64,000 bases of DNA, from NCBI RefSeq assembly GCF_000181795.1, contig NW_003526941.1, forward strand, positions 9,182,692 through 9,246,691, in the 5' to 3' direction. This DNA is from Trichinella spiralis. Its lineage: Eukaryota. Positions 1 to 14,200 of this stretch are shown in pieces. Each line of letters begins with the position of its first letter. Position 1 is the stretch's first letter. Below the pieces are notes generated by a model, which saw only the letters and a list, made by a program, of their open reading frames with translations, did no database searches and was not told where the DNA came from. Made by a program: the position numbers and the translations under genes.

Positions 1-585
1 CTAAGCTATTAATAAAGATTGTCAGCATTCATTTCACAAACCCAAGCTGAAGCATCAGCAAAACAACAACAACAACAACAGAACAAAAGTTAATATTAGA
101 TGAAATAAGTAAATAAACAGAAAGTAAAATTAAAATTAGTAAATGTATGCATATTGATGATGATTGTTGTTGTTCAAATAAAGCAGCATTTTTCAATCGA
201 CTTCAATTTATCCACACAGTTCGCGGTCGATTATGCAGACGACGAAGAGTTAAGCAAAACAGTCAGTCAGTCAATGGTCAGACGATATAAAATCATCTAA
301 ATATTACTACAGCATTTCCCTTTCCCTGCGGAAGCTATGCAGGAAGCTATGCATAGCGTTAAATAGCAAACTTTGATCAATAAATAACACAAGAATAAGC
401 TAACAACCGACCGACCGACCGACCGATCAACTTTGCAATAAACCAAACGACAGCAGCAGGTAAAACACACCAGAAACTACAATCTTTATCCCTATTAAAT
501 ACTGATAAAATTGTACATGCTCTGTAAAATTAAGTCTGTTAACCGAAAGACATTAAGCAAACTGATAGCCAACAGCAAAACCAGC

Positions 586-665
586 AAGCTAGTTAGCAGC
601 TTGCTGGCTAGCAGCCAGCCAGTAGCTAGTAGTTAGCTAGCTAGCTAGATGGCTAGTTAGCTAGT
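586..665. repeat. Degenerate (GCTA)n self-complementary microsatellite cluster
   Basis: Runs such as gttagctagctagctagatggctagttagctagtt. Confidence 0.8.
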
Positions 666-3600
666 TACATTGACTGGATGACAGAAAAAGCTAATCGATC
701 AATGAAAACTAGAAAAACAACCGACATTGTATAAGCACCTGCACAACTTTCTTTTTCACCATCATCTTGTATAACTCCTCCTCCTCCACCGCCTCCTCCT
801 CTTCCTCCTTCTTCATCATCGCTTCTCAGAATTTCTTATTCCACTACAATCAACATTTACTATTTTTTCTACTAATTCGAATAATAAATAATTCGTGACT
901 TATTACACTACTATCATCTTTTACATGAAATAAAATAAAATAAAATGGACCTTCAAAGTATATACTTATTATAATTTAAATAAAAAAACTCCATGTTCAA
1001 TATGATGAAGTATTTTTATTTACTTATCTAAAAAATCAATTTTTAGCAATTTTTCAAAATATTAAAAAAATTTTCTTCACAATTAAAATGTTTCACATGA
1101 AATCAATAATAACAAAATTCTCTTTTAATATATAAATGATGATGATAAATGAAAAAATGAAACATTACTAATTTAATTTCACTTTCTAATGCTCATCGTC
1201 ATCATGATCAATAATAAAAAAAATCTAATAATTTATTCAAGTTATTTAAATTAATGTTGTAAATATTTATAAATTATTATAAATATTTTAATGTTAGAGT
1301 AGTATGTGTTAAATACAATATACATAAATGTGATTATTCTACAGAACAACAATAAAAAAATCTTCTTATTAGCACAAAATTAAGTATTAATTTTCAATAG
1401 AAAAGTACAATACAATTTGAAATCAAAAAAAAATACTGATACACTTGAATAATGTCAACAGGAAGGATACACAAGTATGAAAATGCTTTCGTACGTCACA
1501 TTTAAAAAAGTTTTCTTCACTATTTTCTAGAGTAAATTTATAAAAAAAAATACTAGTCAGCACTAAGCACAAACATTCATCCAAAAGCACTGCATAAAAT
1601 ATTATTAATAAGGTGTGGTTCCCAGTAATCATACATAAAAGATATACAACAACAGCAACATTATATTTGCATAAAATTATTATTAAAATTATATATATAT
1701 ATATAACACTAAGAGTTTTTATCATATTAACAAAAATATTTATATAACAGTTATTATTACAAACTAAGCTTAAATACAACACAAAACAATAAGCAAACAT
1801 CACGTTGTGGAAATTAGTTATTAATGTAAATTGAAATTACAACAACTAGTACTGCAAGATGCAACAGTACAATTGAATGACAATGAATAATTAGTATTTA
1901 AAGTAAATATACACAATTGCAATAATAGTATATATTTTGATCAAGTTCTCCTTCATGAATTGTATATTCATTCTTTCATTTTTCAATATTACAATCAAAT
2001 CAATTTGTTGTTAACAATTATTATTATTATTATGTTCATACATTAAATCAAATGCTACATTTGCATAGTAGTAACGTTTTCCCACTATTAACGAAATTAT
2101 AACAATTGCAATAATAAATCAACAAACAAGCGCACTTGTACAGTTTCAATGATGCAGTTATAACAAGAAATATACTAGTTAAATGTCAGTCAGTTGTACT
2201 TTCTTTTTAACAAACAATCACTCATCTTCTACGTTGCGTGCTTCAACTTATACCACTATTAAACTACTGTTATGTGAAGTGAAGAAAATAATAAATGATA
2301 ATAATAATATGCTAGATGTGAACTGGTCAATTGTGCCTGTACAAATAATAATCAAAACACATGTAAGAAAAGCCAGTTGGATGGACCATAATGAATTTGA
2401 ATGAAAACAGATCACAATGAACAGCAACCTCACTAGCTAGCTAAGCTAGTGAACATGACCAATGATAAAACATACTATATGAAAAACAATAAATAATACT
2501 ATCTACTGGATCATTATTTAGTATAATAATTGAATGTTTTCTCATAAAACATACAGCAGAAAATGTGAAAAAAATTATTTACAGAAAAATACATTCAGAG
2601 AAGATTCTATGCAAGTGAAGAAATAAGATTGCATCCCCATTTTTTATGTAAGAAATGAAATCGTTCAAAAAAATCTGAAAATGCATTTTACAACCTCAGC
2701 TGTTGTGTCTGTCTGTCTATTCTCACACGCCAACTGTTGCCTATTTTCATGTTTACTGCCTGCAATTATCATTAACACATTTTCTAGCTTTCGATCAGCT
2801 AGCTTATCACAGAATTAACCAAACCTTTCAAAATCACAATTTCCCTATTGTCAAATTCTATAACCTGTTCAACTACTACTAATACTCTTCAGTAACAGAT
2901 GTGTTGTTAATATTGTACAAAACTAAAAGCTGAAACTGAATATATTATATACATGAGAACGGTGCAGTTAGTTGAAAGCTTAAATTCTAAAACCATATGA
3001 TCACAATTGACAGCTTTCTCGAACCCGTCGTTTTCATTATTGCCGCATCAATGTGCAAGTCGAATCCGATCTTACTTGCACTGCATGACAGCGACAGAAT
3101 TTGTAAACAACATTACTCCATCTCAGCTAACAGCTGAACTCGGTTATACGGTCATAAATCTATAACTGTCAAACTAACAATTCCTATTAATTATCATTTA
3201 CTATCATCACTCTAATTATCTCTCCATTATTACGAACCATTATTTTGCTGTCTTATGTAATTTCTCATTATTTCTGCAGAAATGATAAAATATCCATATA
3301 CATATATATAGGCGTGTAATAAAAATCAAAAGTGAGTGATTCACTCGACAGATAGATGGAACGGGATATTTTCCATTCTAAGCTTTATGTTAACATATTT
3401 TTCCCTATTGCTCCTCTATTGATTGAAATGATAAATAACTGTTTGAAATGAATTTAAAATAAATAAATAAATAAACAAACAAACAAATAAAATATCTATA
3501 TTTCATACCTTGGTGTTAGAAAATCATGCAAGTTGCCGTAAGATGTAAACATACTATTTTCCAAAGCGTACAGTTTTATAGTTAAGAAACGCAGTTATTT

Positions 3601-5126
3601 GTGCTCAATTGTTTACATAAGTCAAGAGAAACAGCTAACTGGAAAAGAGGCAACTTGGCTGGCATTCACAGTAGAATGTTAATTGAGGAATTTAAAAAGT
3701 TAATGGAACACGACTTTCTTGTGTGAATCGTAACATTCCATGTCTGAGTGTTTGCTTTGCATTAAATAGAGAAAAAGAATTGTTAATAGTGATCATGTCA
3801 AATCTTCATGATTTCGAACAATCCAGTAGTTTCCAGTTATCAAAATGCTGCATCATTTTTGTTCAGGGACAGAAATCACTTTAACAAGATAAAAGTTTGA
3901 AATACAGTCGATGAATTATTGATGTTGACGTTGAAAATTTGAAAATGATCATCATCATCAATTTCAGCTAATAGAAAAAGAGAAGCTCTTTTGAAACAAT
4001 GGCGTAGCAATGCAATCATCAGCACAGTTCACGAAAGCCAATTGCAAGCGAAGAAACTGATGGTGTGTACTGTAGACAAAAAAAATATCAAAAAACGAAA
4101 AATTACACTTTCAGATATTTCAGAAATATTCACAATTCGACGAGTGGAATTGAAAAGATAAAAAAAAATAAATCCGAAGAACAAGAGCCATCGAGCCAAT
4201 AATGTTACAAATTCTGAAAAAGCAGTCCACCAAAATTCAACTAATCATTTGTGATTTCTTCTTTTTGCAACCATCAGTCGTCTCAACAGAACCTGGTATT
4301 TTTGTCAGTTGAGTTTAAAGTAAATTTTACTCAAGGAAAAATCCCCCTTCTCTCAACGAAAAAGTAAGTTTCTTTGTGGTGAAGAGAAAAAAGAGCAACA
4401 TTTAACTAACGGTTGCATTTTGCAACTAATCTCCAACATTAGTTGGTAGAAAAAGAAATGCATTAGTGGTGATTCAAAGCATAAAAACAGAAGAAAAATC
4501 GAGCAAAAATCAACGCTCGTAAAAAGAGTCACACAACTGTGTGTAGGCGATTAAAATTTTAATCACACTGCTGATGAAAAAATCACCATCTACCGTTAGA
4601 AGAAAAAAAAAAGAAAAAGCATATTGCCGAATCCCACGGAAGAACAGGGGATGGAGGGGGGGAGGGAAATCCAACCGAGCTAGAGAAGATAGAGAGAGAG
4701 AGAAAGAGAAAGAGAAATGAAAAAGAATAACTGCATAAAATTATTCACCTCCGAGTAATAAATAAGTATAATCAAGTACGAATTGGCACGGTTTGTGGTT
4801 TCTGGTCATTTGGCCGTCTGTAATATAAAAAGATCAAGCTCTGTGCAAAAACAGCCTCTACGTTTGCCAGATGATGTTGAATGATGAAAATTGAAAGCAT
4901 GTTGAAACAGATAGATCATCGATACAGCCGCCGGCTTAATCAACACCAGGCATTACGTTCAATTTTCAGAGTTATAAAGTGAGAAAATGAACAAACAACA
5001 CGCATACTAACTACTAATACTAACTGCCCGGCTGGGCATGCAAAAATATGGCCGGCAATGTCTGGACAAAAGTTTTCCACATCTGGGACGTAAAATGGGA
5101 AAAAGAAAAAAAAGCATTCCACTTAC

Positions 5127-5250
5127 TTCGGTTTGAAGATTTGTCTCCAGGAGTTGTTTCAAAATTGATACCATTAGACAGACTAACAGACACTTTTTCA
5201 ACGAATCTGTCACAAATAATACAAATCAACTGGATTCTTCCCAGTCAAAT
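5127..5250 (-). other. Candidate exon of a large minus-strand gene continuing left of the window (possible start MVSILKQLLETNLQTE)
   Basis: Strong acceptor ttttttcag at 5259-5251 and consensus donor GAA|gtaagt at 5127/5126. ATG at 5174 is open to the donor (16 codons). Confidence 0.4.
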
Positions 5251-8120
5251 CTGAAAAAAAGGAATAATAAATAGCCCATTTAATACATTTTAAAAATGCG
5301 AAATAAAGAATGAAAAAATATTCATAATTGACCACGATAAAACTAAAATAAATAAATGCGTTTCAAAATTGGCCTCTAAACGCATGCCTCATACAAGCAA
5401 GCCATACGCCATTACGGTAAGCTTGTCATCTGATTGCAGTTGAGCCAGCAGCAGCTTGTCATATTAATTAACACATTGCACTACTTCAAAAGTTTGGAAA
5501 GATTTTCAATTGACCAGTGTTGAATCAATCTCAATAGTCTGTGTCTCTCCATTTTATAAACCCACTCTTTCGCTCGCTATGGAAATTATTATGCTTATCA
5601 TTAATGGGCTCATAAGTTTGTTGTTATACTTTTTTCTTCTTTTTTTTCTGCAAACTACAAAGTTTACTTTCACTGTAAGCACATGAGCAATAATGGTATA
5701 GGATAAATCGAAGAACACTTGAGAAAAATAAAGCCGCATCTCAAGTTAAGCCCAATTCTAAAAACAAACAACGTTCACAAAATGGAAAATGGTGAAGAAT
5801 TTCAAAAAGTTGTAGAACAGATTGAACAGAAAAAATCAACCGAAAGTGAAAACTGTTTCTTCATTCGACAGTGAAACATTGATTGCAGTCACATTGCAAG
5901 CAAAATGCAAAAATCTCTGCTAAAAAAATAATCTAACATTTGAAATTTGAAAAAAAATCCATCACCATGATGAATAATCATCATACATCGCGTCCAAAGA
6001 AAATAAATTGAATGAAGAATGTCATTTTTTGATTTCAGACATTCAAATTTCCGTACAGCACAATTTGACAATTTTCGATGAAATTTAAATTCACACATGA
6101 TGTGTTTTTTCATCAAACTGTGCTTGGTGGCTAGACGATTTTAAAAGTGAAATGAAAAAAAAAACATAACCAAAAAGCCATAAACACTGCAAAATTGACC
6201 ATCCCAACGTATGACAATGATTTATGCAAACAAAAGTAGTCGACAGGAAAAACAATATGCAAAAAATAAAACATTATTGCAAAGCTAAATCAAAGCTAAT
6301 ACGATGAAAAAAAAGGGCGACCGCTTATTATAGCCTACAATTGAAACTAATTGGACCGATAATAAATAGAAAGCAATTGGCAAAGAAATTGAATTTTCAA
6401 AAAGCGCTTTGCTTCCAATTTAAGAAAATTATTTAACGTGAAATTTCTTGAAAAAAAAACAAAAACAACATCAAAAAATGAACTGAACGGAAAAGTAATA
6501 AATAAAAACCATAAAACAAAAAAATATACTAAAATATGTCAAACGATACTGAATTATACAGTAACAAATGGTAAAGCTGAAAGTGTAATATTTATCTTTA
6601 TCTACGTATGATCTTAATCACAAGTATGTAGGCGCATATGGATCTATACATATCTCCATATATATATACAGATAAAGAGTTGAAGAAAATGGTGAAAACT
6701 GCCAAAATTGGCAAAATGTTATTAACGACAAGTGATCGATCGATTGAAAGGCAGACAAGTAGCCAAGCAGGCAGGCAGGCAGCCTCTCGGCAAATTCGTC
6801 CGTCCGTTTAGCAGCAACTCCGCTTCCGTCCATGCAAGCCGAACGGTATAAGAGCAGTGTTAAGCATTGCGTGGGCGTAGTTTCATGTCCATCTACTTTG
6901 ACACATCGACGCTTCACAGAAATTGCCTGATTGCATGATGAAGTCAAAAGAAGAAAATAACCAAGTCAATTTTTGACTGACGACTCTTGTGTTCAATCCC
7001 TAGACAGTACAGAGCCCGGAACCGTTTCACGGTCCAATCAAACACTGCTTGCCTGCTGATCAATCTTCATATGACCGGACGGTGAATCCCCTGATGAACT
7101 TCAACGACGACCACTTATCGTCATTCAAGTTCCTTCCCATCGAATATATGCCAAATATCATTCACTGATAGAACATTACTTGTTTTGCCTCTCTTTTATC
7201 GTAAATAAGTAAATAAATAAATAAATTTCATTTCATCTCCTTTCTACATGCATAAAGAAACACAGATATATATTAATTATATGAAAAATTAATTCCCTCC
7301 CCCCCCCAATTTTTTTCCTCAATGATCATTATAATATATTGGTGTTCACGCATATTATTTACCATTTACCAGTTACCGAAATAGAAAGAAAATAAATAAA
7401 ATTTCAAACAAAACAAATGCATGACTGTCAGTCAAAAAATAAGAAAAAAAATCAGCTTCCTCGTCTAAATTTTACGTCAATGTTGTGAAAGAAGAAAAAT
7501 TTGCAGAAAAAAACAACAAAAAATAACTCTTACTTAATCATCATACAGTAGTAGTTAAGAGTGGAGCAGATCACTTTTAGTAGAAATACTGAATTAAATA
7601 TTAGATTAGTTTTTAAAAAGGTAAAAATTTAAACAAAATAATAATTTTACAAAAGGGAAAATTCGAAAATGGAATATTCTTTTTTGAACTATGCAGACAT
7701 ATAAAACATATCTGTGGGTTTGTGGTTTAAATATGTTGAGAAAGAAGAAGGTATTTTCTATTTTTGTACGTTACGCGTATTTTCATGCCTGACTATCCAA
7801 ACCCCTTCTGATTGTGCGCTTTTGGCTTTGCTGTGGGGATTAAAGCATTGCCAGAGCAGAACCGCAGAAAAAGATCACATCAATGATTGAGAGGCATACG
7901 GTGATCGATCAGACCGACAGAAACGAACGTCTGCACAACAGCATTGCCGTTCGTTCTTTCCATTCCATTCCATTCGCTGCAATGCAGCTGTCAAGATGAA
8001 AAAAAAGGAAAAGAAGTATAGTAGATGAAGAAGAAGAAGAACAACAACAACAGGAGGAGAAGGAGGAGGAGGAGGAAATGGTACGTAAACGTTGTCAGCA
8101 TGTTTCGCTCTAGCTTCTTG

Positions 8121-8203
8121 CAGCTAGCTAGCTTGTTAGTCAGCCAACTAGCCAGCCAGTCAACCAACCAACCAGCTAGCTAGCTAGCTAGCTGGCTAGC
8201 TGG
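8121..8203. repeat. Degenerate (GCTA)n/(GCCA)n/(ACCA)n microsatellite cluster
   Basis: cagctagctagc...agctagctagctagctagctggctagctgg. Confidence 0.8.
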
Positions 8204-11200
8204 TTAGTAGTTGTGCATAAAGTGTAAAGCTGTTGTCAATTGAAAAGCGAAAGAAAAAGAAGCTAACATGCCGCGTTGGTGAAGAATAATTGTTGTGCAA
8301 TTGAGCTATATGTACGGCCTTGCCAACCACTTGACAAGCGAATGCTGTTCGTCTCCTATTCCTCAGTTTCGTCGATGCTGATATGCTGATATTTTAACAA
8401 ATAACCCCGAGCAAAATCTTCGGTCAATGTACAACTGGCACTTTAATTACCCACTTATACGGAAAAGCTTTTCCAGTTGAAGCATCGTCCAAGCAATTTA
8501 TATATATAGTTATCGTTATAGTACTCTCACTCAACCGCTTGCTGTACATTGATCGTAAAATGATTTTCGGCGAAAAGAATGAACAAACATTCTAATTATC
8601 CACAATTATTCACACTATACCCTATTATTATACAACTATTAGAACGGTATAGTTGCAAATGGAAATGAAAATTGAAAGCAAACTTTTCTCCAACATCAAA
8701 TCATCTATACTTTTTTGATCATTGAAATCAAAATATACTACAATTCGTGTTGTGTTGTTGTGTTGAACGTTTAAAAGTTTAAAAATCAACTATCACAATA
8801 TTTCATGTAAAAATAAAATAGCGTTTTCTTTTTTTATCTTCAAATTCTACTTGCTACCTGTCTATTTGCGTACACGTTGAAAATTACAAGAAGGAATGCA
8901 AGTGAAAGACGCTTGGACGTAAACAAGGTATAAAAAAAACATGCAGCAGTTGGAAGTGTTAAAAATTGAAATGAAACCAAAGCCAAAAACAAAAACAAAC
9001 GCGATTAGATCTGCCTATATTATAAATAAACAATATACAGATTAAACCGTCTGAAGAAAATGCCTCAGTTTCAAACGTCAGATTAAACACTACCGTTTCG
9101 CAAATTTTATAACCGCTTTGGGATCAGCGAATGCGTTGCGTTTGATTCAATATCACAGCTCATATGAGACAATTTTCTGATTTTCCGGATGAATACAGCT
9201 GCTGTTGAAATTTCTCTGTCCAATGACAAACGGAATTCATAACTAACTGCTCCTGTGTTCATCATTCGAGAAAAGCTTCCAATTGATACTGCTGCCAATA
9301 ATTTTAACTAAATGAAACTTATCTCTCTTCGTCCCACTTGCTGCAGTCGAATTGATATTATTTATGCAAATATGTAAAAGAAAATTGAAAAAACAAATTC
9401 CATCTGCACGATTTATCAAAGAACCAGACAGACAGACAGACATTGACCAACTATTCAGAATGAAATTCACAAGAAAAAAATTTTTTTTTAAAACTAAACT
9501 CTCAAATTCCCTCACTTTCTGACACAACAAATATTATTAAATAAACAAATAAAAGCACAAAACAAAGTTTCTACATCTGTTGAACACTTTCCACTTGAAC
9601 TTATCAATTTCGACATCCCCCTACACACGCATACACACACATGCACATGCACATATACACAACACGTACAATTTCCCATTCGGACATTTCTTCCATATTC
9701 GAATAAATATTGTCTATCATTCAAAGAATAATGCAAAAAATGTTTCGCATTTTGAAATCAATCTTCTCTACTGGAAAATAAAATGAATTTTTTCAACTTT
9801 ATTTATCAATTTGCATTGCCCCATTCACTATTGATTCCCATTTTGCCGAGGCTTTGTTGTAAAGTAGTCCTAAATTTAGTGTAATCGCCTAATCTCTTAG
9901 GTATGACGACTTTCTCATCTGCTGTTGCGGATTATCACTCAGTACATCACATCCCTCTCTCGCTCTCTCCACAGGCACTTTCGAACGGTTAAAATTGTAT
10001 ATTTTGGAACAACAACAACAAAAAATCAATCTTCATTTTTTCCACAATAAAATTGCAAAACCGTTACTATTACAACTTTTATGAGAATGAAAAATGTAAA
10101 AATTGAAAAAAAATTTACAGTTATGAATTGGTAAAGAAAAATGAAAAACAAAAAAGCAAAGCAACTGTGAACTGCTGCTGCTGCTGCTGCTGCTACTGCT
10201 ACTGCAGCTTTGTGTAGCTTAATTTTTCCTCAACTACTACGTACACAACGACTACCACCACTACTACTTTCTGATCGATTTCCACTCTCATCCCCCGTAG
10301 CAGCGCAATGCTGTTGTAAAAAAAATTTCCATACCTGGATTAGAGAGCTAAGAGACCAAGAAAAAGCTAAAATTGAAACGTAACCGCCTCGTATTCACAC
10401 AACTGCTTGCAAAAAAATGTATAAATATTAAAAATTTAAACATTTGAAAATATATCTTCTTTTTGCCATTTAACTTTTCGTATTGACTAGCGCCTGCTCT
10501 GTGATAAACTGTCAACGTATTAACGCTATTGCTCAACTAGGAACTCTATTATCATCATTACTAAAAGCAGCTGCTTACAACGGATGCAGTGTGCAGAAAC
10601 AGCAAAAGCAGACCGACCACCTGTGAAAAACTGACTAGACGTGTAGTGAAATAAATGCTTAAGGCTATATTTATATAGCTGAATTCAGGTTAAGTGAAAT
10701 AAAATTGAAAATGTAACTTCAGTACAAGCAAAACAGCAAAGCCGATCGATGCCTGGCCGGAAAAGCTGATATAAACATGGCTCATTAGGAACCGATGGTT
10801 GAAGAGGCAACATTGTGCCATTGGATTTTCGATCTTTGATTGGATCTACAATTCCCTAACGACCACGCATTGACATCCACTGTAGCGGCCGCTAATGATC
10901 ACCACCACCACCACCAAACGATCCACGCAATTGATGGGGCGTTAGCCAACCGAAAACTGTTCCTCTGATAGGGTAAACTTGATAACTTATCACAACAAAC
11001 ATAATCAACTATCCTTATTTTACATCAATAATAGTCAGTTTCAATTATTGTTCGACAAAGTAAATACAACAGAACAGTAGATAGAATATGATAAAATTCA
11101 TCGTACCTGTGTTTCTATTTATAGATTCATCTACATGTATACCGCACGTAATTTTGTTGTACAATTTTAGCAGTACGTTGTTGCCGTTGCAATAATAAAG

Positions 11201-14200
11201 GATACAATGCACTACAAATTTGATCACATTAATCACAATACAATACTAGTAATGAATTGGATGAATAAGATGACAAAAGTACAACTGGACTAACCGATTA
11301 ACAAAGAGACCAAGTTGTGTATATAAGTGTAAAAGTGGTAAAGTGTACGTGTACGTACGTGTGCGTTGGTGTGGCGTGGTGTGTATGTATGTGTGTGAGT
11401 GTGAGTGTGTGTATGTTTATGTGTGTTTAGAAAATGACGATTGTTAATGAAAATATAGAGAGACCAGGCTATGCTGATTCGTCCAACCAAATTCATTTGT
11501 TGTTTTCTGCTGTTTGATTGGTTGATCAATTTCGAAACAGCCGTGTTGTACAGTGTTCCTACATTAATAATCATATTCCATCATTGGTTAAGCTTTGACA
11601 AACTGCTTAGCTTGTCTAGACTGGCAGCTGCTGCGCACGCATCGCGTCCGGATAGTAGCCTCAAAGCGCGCCTGTCTTCAAAAATAATTGACATAGCCGA
11701 GCAACAGTTTGTGGCATTTCAAGCAACGGTGAAGTAAAAGCGAAAATAAGCCAGCTTAAACAACAAATAACACTTTAGAAAAGTAGCAGCACCGATCATA
11801 CCACCACTATCAGTGCGCACGCGTGCCTTGCGCCAGTGGAAAAGGTAAAAACAAAATAGCAAAAACTGAATAATCATTCGAACGTAATGGTATCTATCAA
11901 AAAGCAAATACTTTTACAACAGTCCGCTAGATCTTCTTGGCTAGCTAGCTGGCAGGCTTCAACCCACTTCAATGAACAAACTATAAACTTCCGCAACTGC
12001 TTAGCTCAGTTCTATACGACGAACAGCAGCAGCATCATCAACATACGGAGGCGGACGAGAAACAACGTTCAGAAGAAATTATTATTACTAGCCAGCCACT
12101 CGCAACTACAACGCCAAATTCTTGCTTATACGATAGCTCTCGTTCATTTCAGTCGCAAGATGTCGAACAACACTTGCGCGTAAATCGCCATTCAGACCAG
12201 CTAGAAAATTCAACCTCTACCTAAATTCCTCATCTTCCAACTAACTCGTCATTCTCATTTCACGTTGCGCAACAATAGTTTCAGTTAGCTATAGCAAGCA
12301 ACACAGTATACATGCTTGCATTCATGTGCACAAACTTTTATCGCGTAATATCTAAATGGCTGTCATGAAGTTTATCACTGAAAACTAAAACTGATCAAAC
12401 TAATAGACAGACAGACAGACAGACACACTATTCTAATTCACAATTGCTTGCGTAGAAAAAGTACAAATAAATAAATAAATAAGCCCAAAACTGAAAGCTA
12501 AAAATTACAATACAGTAACTAATATTGACTGTATTGTAAAATAAACAACTGGTCTAATAATTAATTGCCGAGTAAAATGTTGTCCAGTTTCTATCTAATT
12601 AGCCAAAGAAAACCGATACAAGTAGAAAGAAAGATATTGTCTGTATTTTCAGTGTGGAAGGTCATAAAAAATCAATTGCTCTTTTAAAAATTTGTACTCA
12701 AGTGGAAATATAATTTACAATACGTAATATTGATTACAATTTTTATAAATAAATTGCAAGCAGACAGATGGCACAGTGAAATGCTACTCGGCCACCGAGG
12801 GACCATCATATCGATATCGCTTTTCTGTGATCGTACTGCACGGTAATTTGTAATTTACAGTTTAATTTCACACAAGCAGACAACCATTTACGATCAATCG
12901 GTCAATCAATGCATTTGAAAAGCTAATTTTACATCACATTACAATCAAAATGAAATACTTCAAATTTGCATTTCCCCAAATGAATTTATTTACAGTAATG
13001 ACTTGCTGTTGTGTACAAATAGCAGATTTGTACAATGTTTCATTTATAATTAATGATGAGATAATAATTTTTCATCCCATGAACATAAACATCTTTTTTT
13101 TTCAAAGATTACTGCACACAAGTGTCATTTGCAGGAAACAGCTAGTTGCATTAAAGTGCTGTTTATCCGGTGACGTTCACAAAGCTGACATCTGACAGTC
13201 AAGCTAATCGTGTTCGTTGAACAGATTGTAATCAACATTTCCTGTCTGCTGTTTCGCAAAAGTTGTGTGGTCCATTTCGTGTGTCTGTCCATTGTCATTT
13301 GGTGCAGCAGGAAACGATTGGGAATTTAATGCAAACGGCAAAACCATTTAGCCCAGCTGAATTGGAGAAATAAAATGCAGCACGCTTACTTACTTGCTTA
13401 CTTTACTGCCCCTGTTGCAATTTTTCCAAATTCACCGCTACTACTAATTTACCAACTAACATATCCTTTGAAGCTGAACTTATTAATAACAAATTGGGCT
13501 AAAAATTTTCTCAAATTTCCATTATTATTATTTTTTACCATTAATTTTTGTTTAAATTATTTTTGTACACCAAAAATAAGAAGAAGAAGATGAAGAATAT
13601 TAAAAAGCCTATCAATTTATTAAATATTAACTTCTCCTCTCGAACAATGGAATAAAAGTAGACAAATGGGAATTTTCATAAATAAATTTCCAATAGCACT
13701 TAGCGGCTAAAAATGAAGGGTCACGCACTTTACAAATGTTTCGTCTGGGCAAGATTGAAAGTACCAGCTGACATTAGAAGCAAAAAGCAAACATTTTTTG
13801 AAATGCGAACATCACACAACTTTGCCTGAAAAATCTGTTTGCCAACATGCCTTGAAGAAACACAGTCCGGCTGTTGTTGTTGTTGAAGAAAATAATAATT
13901 AAAAAAATGAAAAAAACATTATCACCACCATTTCAACAAATAACAACAATCTATGCTGAAAATTTAAATCCATTAACCAACCCAATGGCAGACAGATCAG
14001 AAAGAAAGACAGTTGCAAGCTGTGCTTAAGCAAAAACATGTGAACCAAGATAGCACTTAAGCACGACCACAGCTCGTCTGGATTTTCGATCAATCTTTCG
14101 AAACATAAACATTGCCAACGACCGTCGACGAACAGAAGAACCTCATGATCAACTAACAAACAGCTTACCGAGTAATTAGCAAGGCAAGGGCTAATACAAT

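Noticed and set aside
330..357. 12-bp direct repeat GGAAGCTATGCA x2 overlapping palindrome GCTATGCATAGC
   Set aside because: Isolated short slippage duplication; not an array or element terminus.
739..819. GGA/GAA-rich minus-strand stretch readable as MMKKEEEEE... or poly-Gly
   Set aside because: Trinucleotide low complexity with an upstream in-frame stop and only a weak donor; insufficient support for an exon.
10632..10652. TGACTAGA, a miR-279/miR-44-like seed
   Set aside because: No complementary arm to form a pre-miRNA hairpin.
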